DNA of 64,000 bases, taken from assembly GCA_965649825.1 (NCBI GenBank), contig OZ287696.1, positions 663,101-727,100 on the forward strand, read 5' to 3'. The first letter of the stretch is position 1; every line of letters begins with the position of its first letter. This stretch comes from Penicillus capitatus. Lineage: Eukaryota; Plantae; Chlorophyta. The notes beneath the pieces were generated by a model. The model worked only from the letters and a program-made list of their open reading frames with translations, did not search any database and was not told the DNA's origin. Shown here piece after piece: positions 1 through 10,551 of this stretch. The translations under genes and the position numbers were made by a program.

Positions 1-3000
1 AGTTCGTATCGCGTCATGCAATGACAGCTCATGTGATAAGCACGGCAGAGATATGTGTGATGGCTTGATGTGACTTGGGGCATCGGGATCATTGCCAGGT
101 GCTGACCCACTTCCTCACAACCGTCGAAGAACTGCCATGTTTGGGAGTCCCAGAATGGTAGGTAACATACATGGTGCTAGGGCGAGAAGAACTGGATCGG
201 TTGTCATCTTTATTACTGCCTTTGAATGGCCTGCAGATTGCTAGCTCCAGATAACAGGACTGTGAATTGAGTATAGATATCTCTGTATGTGTTTGGTTAT
301 CAAAGAAGATGAATCTATGGGATCCTGCCAGATGAACGGGATCTTTAATGCATTTAGCGTTTTCCCCCTCACCGGATAGAGATCTGGCCATGTGATCTCA
401 CACTTTTCGATTTCACTAGTAACCGACGTCTAGGACAGCTGTGTTGCATCAATGCAACAGTCCAGTTGCCAAAGCAAATGAAAAGCACTCTGGTGATGAT
501 TAGCTATGAGAACACGAGCTTCTTCTTTACTATCTGATACCGGTTCGATAAAACAGTGACTTGCGAGATTTAACAGTTATCGAAGAATCGGATAACGTAT
601 CGCGGGTGTTTTTTAGGAATCGTGATGATAGGACCCCTTTCTTGTCATGAGCGTCCACTCTCTCGAGCATTCGGCTCAGATTGCAACGTGGGAATGTGAT
701 GTGACGGATAAGCAAATGAGTTTATCGACAAGCGATTGAAAAGACAGAGGACTGAGTCATCTAATCTCCCCGCTTGTGTGGAATAGCTAAATTATGAGGT
801 CACAGTATATTTTTCCTACCTGGCTAATTCAGTACATCTCGTTTAGACGCTTCACACTAAGACTGAGACAAGTGTTCTAACAAAGTGCGGTTATTGGATG
901 TGGCCGACCTTCTATATCTGCATTCCTTCAGCGATGTCAGCTTTTCATGCACGTGGTCATGGACGACGACGAAATTAACAACGACAAGTTCCAGGGTGGT
1001 AAATCAGCAGAGAATGATTTTCAGGACTGCCAAATCGAATTGGATTTGGGAATCCCGCTTCTAAAGAGAAAGAAGGGTGTGTATCAAAACTCTCTCTGCA
1101 AGTAGTCGGATAACTGTTCAATGTCTGCAATCGAGCACTCAAACGGATCATCTTTGTGCAGTGTTCACAAGTAACGACCCATTCAAGACCGACCGAAACA
1201 AAAACCACTTGGATGGGAAGTGCCGCAGTTTATCGATGGCATCGGTCCTGACCCAGTAATTCGTGCACAGTCTCAGTGGAATCATGTGGTAAAGAGATGT
1301 CAGGTGTCATTTCATTGGCTTGAAATGACTCGATCAGACTTGTGTTTTCGTTCTGATTAGATTCATGTCATTCAGCATGTGGGTGCGGTCCAGATAACTA
1401 TTCATAGTAGCAATGGGAAAACGCGACAAAACTGTCTTCTCTTTCTATATCGGTGTCCACACCAGCTTCCAGCAACAATCTCAATGACCGTGGGGGGCGA
1501 TCAAGGACGACGACTGTCACTCGCATTGACTGTTCTGTTAATCATTGGCAGCCTGACAGAGGCACTCATGACCAGGATGTCAGATCAACACGTCAACGCT
1601 TTGCTCAGCTTCCAGGTAAATGGGATGCCATCATTTGACTTGCCGTCGGAAAGATTGGACTTTCTACGAGCCAACAAACAGGTAATGAACTCTAAGCATC
1701 AAAGCAGCCAGATTTAGAAGCGGATGCATCCGTGACCACTACCGTCGTCGACTCTTTGTCGTATCTTTTCAGACACAAGCATCATATCGTCACACGAATC
1801 GCTACTGCAATGATACGAAGACACGTCCCCATTGCAGCCTTCATTGCGTCGCTCTGAAATGAGAATAGAGGCTTCAAACTGTCGTTGTTCCATCGATGCG
1901 CTCTCCGCGGAGAGCCACCATCCCTGAGCTCTCCAACTCAATCATATCGAACACGGAAGCATAAACATGCGTTCTAGTCATCCACCTTCATCGGATCCAT
2001 TCGCTTTTTTTTTGCTTCCCCACCGATCGGATACTGAAGGATGGCGACGCTCTCTCTTTTCACGACCGTCATCAGGCAGGTAGGTGACTCTTTGATCGCC
2101 CCTCGTATGGACATTGGCTTGGATCGCCCAACTAAGCTGTGAATCCGTTTTCTAAGCCTCTACGGATCAAACCTCTGTCGTCTTATTGAGCTCTTAGCGA
2201 TTGAAGTGAAATAAATACTTTGGAGAGAAGCTAGTATGTGTATCTTCATGAAGTGGCTTATCCTAGATGCTTGTTCAGTGAACGGCAAACAGTCGTCGGC
2301 AAACCGGTGAGAAACGGTTACTCCGTTCAAACGACGGTGGATAGGTTCTGCCAGCAACCGATCCGCAACCAGAGGTCAATTTTCGATGAGTATATCCTCC
2401 GGACCGCCAAACCACTCGCTCTCTTAATCTTTGACACTTTTGAGCAGTGTTCGTTAGTTCATGGTGAACGTTCGAAATCCGTCAGTCTTGACGATTACCC
2501 AAGGAGAGTAAACGTTAACGACGCAATTGACATCCACCCTCACAGAACAATACAATGATTCGAGTGCTGAGGAATGCAACCTTGTCGTCATATCTGTGGG
2601 TCTTCAATTCTAAGACAGATACAGAACGCATGCTGCCTGCCGATTGGTTTTGTTAGACATCACTTAAACGTCACATCATTCTTTTCTGTCTCAAAGAAGG
2701 AAGCCGTCGTCTACTTCTGATCTCCCCAGAGCCGATCACCAAACAATAACTTCTTCCGAATGCTTAACCCATTGCGTCTCTTGCTCCATCGTAAAATATA
2801 GAAAAATGACAAACACCCAGAGAAGAACAATAATTAGGAGAGGATGGATCGATCAAAGCGACAAGACGTCTGTCTCCTTGACAACGACAGCCGCTAGTCG
2901 CCTCACATGACGAGTAGTTCTGCTGAGCATTCCTGTCGTCTTTCATCGATCGTGCATTTTCGCATGTCATCACTTTTTTTCGTGAAATCATCTTTTTCCT

Positions 3001-3621
3001 CACACCGAGGCGAGGAGCTTAAATCTGATTACATGATCATGCGTCATACTCGGTTGCTCAGGATAGGATTGCGGAAATTCATCGTGAATGATAGCGTGTG
3101 AATGATTTGCCGAGAAGCACAGAACCTCATACCGTGTTCTGCTGTCTTCAGCTTATGTCATCTGGCTTGACAGGACACGTAAAGAACAAACAAAGAATCT
3201 GCGTTGGTCTTCGTGCAGTTTCTTCTTTGTCCCACAGGAGTAGCCAAAAAGAATCTGCGTGGGCTTGCGGGTTTCGTTCATTCTTCCAGAACGATCACGT
3301 GTTTGAGGAAAGGTTAATGGAAACCAAGTCTATTCGAAAGCTCGATGCCCAGCAGAAACGGAAGAATCTGTTGATGGAGTCTCCTGTTTGGACAAGACAA
3401 AAAATAATCATTGCAAACCCACTGCCATGTTCGGCCATTTGCAATCGATCGATCACCTCTGCCATCGCTTCTATTATTACTCTTATTTCAATGATGCATC
3501 GCTGAACATGATCAGTAAAAATCAACTGAAGATCAAGAGCGATGACTGATACGAAACTAGATGCGCATGTTCTCATTTCTGATTCGGCTGAGAATGTGGC
3601 GGATAGATCGAATGGAAGCTG

Positions 3622-6600
3622 CTATTCCCTGAGATTCTGTCGGTATATCTCGATCTGATGCTTGATGCTGAGGTTAGGAACAAGTGTTTCAACGGCGAGG
3701 GGTTGCTGAGTTACAGGCGACTTTCCATTCCTCGCGATCCACTCAGTGATAGCAGCTCTCTCATATGTGTGACCATCAGCTGCAACGACAGGATGGTCCA
3801 TAATGTCCAAAGTGATGGGACAGCAAAGGATATCTTCAAGCATTGATGTGTATTGAACTCGATCGGAGAGAACAGTTGCTTCGCTTGGTGCCGCAACTGT
3901 CGTGTGTCGAGGAAAAGAGTGCGAGCGAGAGACGCTCGGTTGAATACTCTGCATTCTGGCACTGAGAAATCTGACAACTTCTGTACGGCGATTGGCGACG
4001 GCAATATTCAAAGCCGTTCCAGTTTCTCCCACTGCTACGAACAAATCTGCTCCACTGTCAACCAATAGCTTCACCACTTCAACGTGCCCCCCTTGGGCAG
4101 CCACATGGAGCGCAACGGACCCGGACTAAAGCAGGAACGTTTGCAACAGGACATGCCAGCGATGGATGTGGAGTACATTGGTTTTGATGTCTGGATCTGC
4201 ACCAGCGTCTAACAGTACACGCACGAGATCTACAAAACCTTTAATCGAGGCGGCATACAAGGCTGTCTCATCGTTCTGGAACAGCACAGTTGGCAAAACG
4301 CTTCGTTGCAATGAGAAAACTTACAATGGCGACAGCATTGACATTGGCACCGGCCGCAATGAGACGCTTCACGAAGTCGATCCGACGCAGTGCCACCGCG
4401 ACACACATGGGAGGGACGCCCTGTTATTACACACACGATATCTGCGAGACTTTGGTCAACAGAATCGGTTACTGCTGCTTTTCTATCGACGTTTGCTCCA
4501 TGCCGAATAAGGATATCGCCAACGACGGTGTCTCCAAGATGCGCTGCAACGTGCAATGCTGTCACGCCATTTTGGCTCGGAATGTCGACGTCGGCTCCGG
4601 CTTCAGCCAGGACCTCCACAACGGCGACATTCCTCTTTATCATTGCGTGGATCAGCGCAGTGCGTCCAAAAACGGTGACAGCATCCAGATTAGCCCCTGC
4701 GGCGATGAACATTGTCAGCAGCTGTAGATCATTGGATTCTGCGGCGATGAAGAGAGGAGTGATTCCTTTCTGCTCCACTTCGTTCACGTCCGCCCCTCTG
4801 TCTAACAGCAGCCGCGCGATGTCTGGGGACGGATGCGATGCAGCCAGATGCAATGGCGTCCGAGAGGCTTGGGAAGGAGGAACGAGTCCCGACGGTATGG
4901 CACCAGCGTCGAGCAGCATTTCCACCAGCTCTTCGTCGTTGTGTCGGATCGACGCGATCAGCGGGGTGCTGCCGTTTTCGCAGATGCAGTTTGCATCCGG
5001 CCGGTATTGGAGCAGCAACCGTACCACGTCCTTCAAATTGTTGTGACAGGCGACGAAGAGTGAAGTGAGGCGGCCGTTTCCTCTCCGATCGACATCGGCG
5101 CCGTTTTCCAGCAGTGTCCTGATGATCTCGAGATCGGCCTCGACAACGGCGATGATCAGAGCCGTTCGACCGTCCTCCCTTCTCGCGTTGGCATCGGCAC
5201 CAGATCGCAGTAGCATCCTGATGCAGGTCGTCCGTTTGTGGAGAACGGCGATCATCAGAGGCGTCATTCCGTCGTGGGCGGCAAGGTCCAATGGGGCGTT
5301 CTTGCTGATGAGGTATTGCGCCAGCGCGCCGTGACCCTTCTCCGCTGCCAGGTACACTGGATGCGATCCGTTCGCGGACTGCTCCTCGAGAGAGGATCCT
5401 CCCTGCTCGACCAGCACCCGAGCCGCGCCCAGATCGCCCTCGATGCACGCGCAGTTGAGAGGCGTGCGTCCTTCGGCGTTCCTCTCGGCAACGCTAGCTC
5501 CCATTTCCAGGAACGCCGAGATGGCGTCCGTGCGTCCATTGATTGCCGCAGTGTGCAGCGCCGTGTATCCTCGATTGTCGGCCTGGTCGATATGGGCTCC
5601 ATTTTTGAGAAGAGTCCGAATCATCTCGATGCAAGATTCCTTCCCGAGGATAGCTGCAGCCGCAAAATGCATGCTCTTCAATCCCCCTGGCCCAGCTTCG
5701 TTGACGTCTGCTCCTGCATACAGCAAAAACTCGGCAAACTTTTTCTCCCCCATGCGCAAAGCAATGTGCAGAGGACTGCCCTCCCTTCCCCCATGGATCC
5801 TCGCCCCTGCATCAAGTAGGATGCGACCGATTTCCACATTCCCCAACTTTGCTGCACAGTGCATGGCAGTCCATCCATCCTAAAGATAACTCTTCCCCTC
5901 GCATGAAAGCAGTCCACAGAGTGTACCTCATCTTCAACATGAACGTCACATCCAACCGAGAGACAAAGACGGACCAATCCTGCTTGATTTGATGATACGG
6001 CCGTCATTAAGCTCATTGACCCGATTTGTTGACTAACACCATCTAGACTCCCACCATACTGCAAAAGAAGCTGTATCTTCTTGTAGTCCTTTGCAGTCCA
6101 TGCACACTGCATTGGAGTTCGATCGTCATTATCTCGAGCATCGACCCGGGCTTCTCTCTCCAAGAACACAAACATTATGTCTGGGTTTCCCATTTCTGCT
6201 GCAATGATCAGGGGCGTCATTCCATTCTAAACACAGTCACATGACAAACCATGCAGAAAATGAAAGATTCCTCAACAGCTGTTCTTGCATCAACACATGC
6301 GCCATTGGCGAGTAGGATCTTTGCTGATAAGGTGTGGCTGGCGGCGGCACAGAAATGCAGAGCTCTCCATCCATCTTCCTCTGCTGCCTCCAATTTTGCC
6401 CCTCTGCCGATCAGGAACTGAACGACGGTGGGATTCTCCGTTTTCACAGCCACCATCAGGCAGCTGACGCCGGTGCTTGTCCTGGCATGGATGTCAGCTC
6501 CCCGTTGCAGCAAAAGTCGGATGGCTGGAAGATGGCCATCCTGACAGGCGAAGAACAGGGCTGTCCACCCTCTGTGATCTTCTGCATTTACAGAGGCCCC

Positions 6601-7326
6601 GTGATCCAGCAGCACGTTTATTATTTCCACGTTCCCATTTGCTGCTGCAGCATGCAGGGGATGGTTGAACTCCTGCACAGGCAAACGCTGTTCAGCCTGC
6701 ACGAGGCATAAGCAGGTTCTTGTACTGACCTCTTTGTCTCCCTTAGCATTGGGATCTGCTCCCAGACCGAGCAGCACCTCAACGAGTTCGATCTCGTCCG
6801 TTCTCACAGCCTCGTGTAAACTTGTGCTTGTCTCCTGAAACACATTGCCTGTGATTTTCGGGGAAACTATCACAATTCACTACATGGACATGAGCGTTTA
6901 TTTTTGCTAAACTCGGGTCGGCTTTCGCTGCTGAGCACGATATGTCCGCATTAGTTGTTTTCGACGACGTTTTCAGATTGTCCTCTATTGCCAAGGAGCG
7001 AAAAGAGGCTCGACAGTGTATGGTGTTGAGTCCTTCAATGTGGCAGAGAGTCGGGCGTGACAGGTTCACAGGTTCTCTTTGTTTGGTGTCTCCACGGCTT
7101 TCTACGTGTGCAAATTGTTTGAGTCAGGCAGCAACGCCTTGTCGACTTACCACTCTCCAAAGCTGAAGTGCTGCTAGTTCTGGCAAGGCCACGAAAAACG
7201 GAACTCTCAGTCCTTCTCTCGGCCTGTGGAACAGCGCTCTGTGAAAATATCAGTTCTGTTGAAGTTTACTCTTTCGCTAGAACGATCGCCGCGCGCGCAA
7301 CGGAAAAGCTGAATGTATCGACGCAT
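3622..7326 (-). CDS. Ankyrin-repeat (~26) + C-terminal U-box E3 ubiquitin ligase, paralog A (multi-exon)
   Basis: Exons fall in ORFs 6217-6873, 5678-6220, 4230-5864, 4126-4311 and 3622-4104, with canonical ankyrin motifs (TPLHLAA, TALHVAA). The U-box is EDILCCPITLDIMDHPVVAADGHTYERAAITEWI...SPVTQQPL...LVPN. The first exon MRRYIQLF (ATG 7326) is supported by the matching MRRFSRLF start of paralog C. Short GT-AG introns. Confidence 0.9.
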
Positions 7327-8030
7327 GTCTAGAAACAAGAAAGGTTGACAGCTACACGCGTTCACATCGCAGTAAAAGTGACTGTGTCGGTTATATGCAC
7401 GGAGATGTGATAGGTCCATGGATGGACAGACTTGCAAACAAACAGTCCTTTAACGAACGTGAATGTCTCGACGGAAGAAAGAAGTTTCCGCAGAGCAAGA
7501 ACGGTGAGATAGCACTACAACTCGTATCTCTGTCGGTCACTCTCAAGAGCGTCATTAAATCGTTCTCTTGGTACGTTTCAATCAATACAAAAGTAGTTAA
7601 TGAGGAAGAGAGATTTATAGCTGACTCGGTGCGTAAGTGGCCACAAACAGGACCTGTGCAGACATGACTGACTACATATTCTTCAGCTTGTTCCGAGACT
7701 GTCATATTAGCAGCCATATGGGTGTTGGTTCGCTTTGTATAGCTCGATTTGTTGCTTCACGACGAGGCTTGGAATAAGGGTTTCGACGGAAAGAGAATTT
7801 TGGTCTCAGGCGACCTATTGGAGATCGTGTAAGCGCTTTAGAAAAGTCAGAATCAAGACACGCGAAGACGAATTTGATGATAACATTCTCAAAGTTAGAA
7901 TCAGGAAAATGAGTTAGTTACGGGAAGAATGCCGTCCTAATATACCCCAGGTAGTTAAAAATTAATATCAACCTTCAGTCCTAACAGTAGTGATATTCAA
8001 GCCACGTTCAGCAACCATCACTCGACGATT

Positions 8031-8546
8031 GTCCAAGTGATGTAACGTAAAGCACACTCGGCTTTGCTGAGAGGGTTGTGTTCAATTCCCGACGGGACAT
8101 GGAGAGTTACGTCATTCACTCCCGCAGCGGCTCGTGTCTGAGGGTAACGTAGTCCCGCCCTCAGTGACGGCTGGGACCTCCACTTATACCCTTCTCCCGA
8201 TGGCAGCCTTTGTGCCTTGGGAGGCCAGATCGTTGGAAAGTCTATACACCAACGCGACGACAAGGGATTCGACTGCGATTACCTTACAACCAAAGGTAGG
8301 TGTGAACTTCGGCTTGACTGCCGAGTCCGGACCTGATGGAAACCGCACAGGGAAACTCCATCCGCAATGTATAATTACACAGTTAGACGGATAAGACAGA
8401 ACAGTTCCCGTGTAATATACTCAGAATGACGTCAGTCCTCTCTCGTGCCATCGTCGTGCATGATGGACCTCTCGCGCAACGAACGTCACAGTAGAGACGA
8501 CGATTGCAAAGGATCTTCCGCGAGTAGAACAAGAATCTTATCCTAT
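8031..8546 (+). mobile_element. Candidate tRNA-derived SINE (~516 bp) with 14-bp target-site duplication
   Basis: tRNA-like head at 8031-8098. A-box-like TGATGTAACGT starts at tRNA position 8 (8038) and B-box GTTCAATTCC lies at 8080-8089. Partial acceptor stem GTCC/GGAC; anticodon-arm-like CTCGG-CTTTG-CTGAG (Gln-like). Flanked by atcactcgaCgatt (8017-8030) and atcactcgaTgatt (8547-8560). The body contains short hairpins (ctgaggg...ccctcag; tcggc...gccga). Confidence 0.55.
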
Positions 8547-9017
8547 ATCACTCGATGATTATTTCGAAGGCAGGTCGGAGGCTGACATCCGTTGCGTTCG
8601 AGCTCGATGGTCAGAGCGCCGTGGTGGTTATTTAGAAGACCCGACCGTTCCTACCTAATAGCTAATAAAAAAGGTTTGACTGAGAAGTCCTTGCGCGACT
8701 TGCCATGTTTTCGGGTCCACTCAGTGATAACTGCTCGTTCGTATCTATAACCATCAGTGGCCAAGGCTAGATCCTTTATGACGTTGAGTATGATTGGACA
8801 TCAGAATATATCCTTAATAATGATCGTCACGTATATGGGCGAACACTGCATCGCTTCGTTAATGGCTGCTGCAGTCGATGCTCACTGTGGAAGGTTCACT
8901 GAGCTTGATAAGTTAGTTGGCTTTGTGCTCTTCTTTTTCGTTGCAAGACAGGCGACGACTTCTGCGCAGAGGTTGGTTAGCATTGTGTGCAAGGCTATTT
9001 GAATTGGTTCGTCCGAG

Positions 9018-9795
9018 TGTCGCGTTGTCGGTTGACGACGAAGGCTTATAGCTTACAGAAGACTGTTGAATCGTTAACAATACGGCTTATATACGCGTCG
9101 AACGTACGCAAACGTCCTATCAACGCGTCTCCGTTCGTCAGCTGCACGAAGGTGGACAGCTGTCCGCTGACATGGGCCCACCCCCTTTCCGCTGTGCAGG
9201 CTCCGAATGGCGTGAAAGGAACGCATCTCGCAACGACCGGGACATCATCAGGCTGGCCAGGAGTCGAGCCATGGGCCATCGCGCTCCCACGGCTTCTCCC
9301 TCTGCGGCCCGCTCACCGCAGCTCTGTGGCTCTTACGTCTCTGATACTTCGGCACTGACACGGGAAGTACGAACCAACTCTCACAGCGACAACACGTCCG
9401 TGGTGACTCAGATATGAAACGAAAACACAGACAAAGCGCAGCAACGGTGAACGCAAACAACGACAAATGCACAACAGCACGCTATCGCAGCGTGAAACTG
9501 AAACTCAGCAACTCGGACGATGAAACGAACTCCAGACTGCAAGTGACAGGTGAAACGCTGTCACCACGGACGTGTCTGGGAAAGTCTTCAGTCTTCGATG
9601 ACGGGATTCTATCGCCGGAATCTTTGCAGCTCCGAAACCATGTCGCGTTGTCGGTTGACGACGAAGGCTTATAGCTTACAGAAGACTGTTGAATCGTTAA
9701 CAATACGGCTTATATACGCGTCGAACGTACGCAAACGTCCTATCAACGCGTCTCCGTTCGTCAGCTGCACGAAGGTGGACAGCTGTCCGCTGACA
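9018..9795 (-). mobile_element. Intact non-autonomous LTR retroelement (TRIM), 778 bp
   Basis: Two apparently identical 155-bp LTRs (9018-9172 and 9641-9795), each TGTC...GACA, with a perfect 5-bp TSD CCGAG (9013-9017 and 9796-9800). On the minus strand a PBS-like TGGTTTCGGAGC follows the 5' LTR and a purine tract GGAAAGGGGG lies near the 3' LTR. The 468-bp internal region has no recognisable gag/pol. Confidence 0.93.
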
Positions 9796-10551
9796 CCGAG
9801 GAACAAATCTGTCCGATCATCTACCAGGAGTTTCACGACGATTCTGTCACCGAGCGGGTCGGACGCAAGATGTAAACAGCGGAAGATTTTACACAGTGTT
9901 CGGAGCAAGGTCCTGAATGTTTAGAATGCGTCATTAAGTATGCGCGCGGTGACAAGACGTCCTTATGCGGGTGATTCAGCATGCTGCCAAAACTACAAAA
10001 AAGAGCCCTTTGGCCCGCATGACAAGACAGGCAGCGCCCCCTCGCACGCCTGATCCCCACAGAACAAGACAGTTGTCACATCGCCAGGCGACAGATTCAA
10101 ACGTCCAATCGCACAACATCGCAATGGAAACAGGGGTGTGAATCAGATAACACCCCGTCTTTGGCATATGGTGAGTGCAATAAATGCAAGTTATTCTTCG
10201 TAGATGTCCGGATTTTTTTAAACAAGCTAAACCCATGATATAAGATTCTAAATGAGCGAGAATCCTTAATTTGAATTCATAAAATTAAATGACTTCGAAA
10301 TCGATGATTGTTCATGTCAAGGTATACAGCCACAAACACGCGGATGATTAAAGAGAAGCGGAGTTCCTACAGCGGACGTGTTTAAGTATCCCGATGTTGA
10401 TGGAACCCGGAAGGGGATAGCTGTCCAGCAAGTACCACAGCAAAGCTAACAGCTGTCCCTTCACAGTTCGATCGACGCGATCAAGGAAAAATAAAGTAAT
10501 CCTCGCTTTCTAGAAATACGAGTCTCGTAAAGCACATAAAAAGCACAGTAT

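Noticed and set aside
1306-1329. Small hairpins (gtcatttca/tgaaatgac here; also 45822-45855)
   Set aside because: Short isolated inverted repeats are expected by chance, and there is no supporting context.
1484-1717. Possible secreted-protein exon (MTVGG...LSLALTVLLIIGSLTEA) ending at a GT donor
   Set aside because: Downstream exons could not be assembled convincingly and no domain is recognisable.
2238-2558. ORF with a Walker-B-like LALLIFDTFEQ
   Set aside because: There is no proper Walker A or other NTPase context, so it cannot be supported as a gene or relic.
4290-5883. Long antisense and alternate-frame ORFs over ankyrin, HEAT and kinesin genes
   Set aside because: Shadow ORFs caused by GC-rich repetitive coding sequence.
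8490-8660. Peptide YPISLDDYFEGRS resembling the NLR pre-Walker-A segment KPIALDDLFKRRS
   Set aside because: No Walker A follows, and the match overlaps the SINE TSD; treated as chance.
9669-9908. ORFs with an Sm-like (VQLTNGDALIGRL) and GroES-like (PLGDRIVVK) look, duplicated at 9046-9279
   Set aside because: The shared peptide is simply the TRIM LTR read in frame; it is not a gene.
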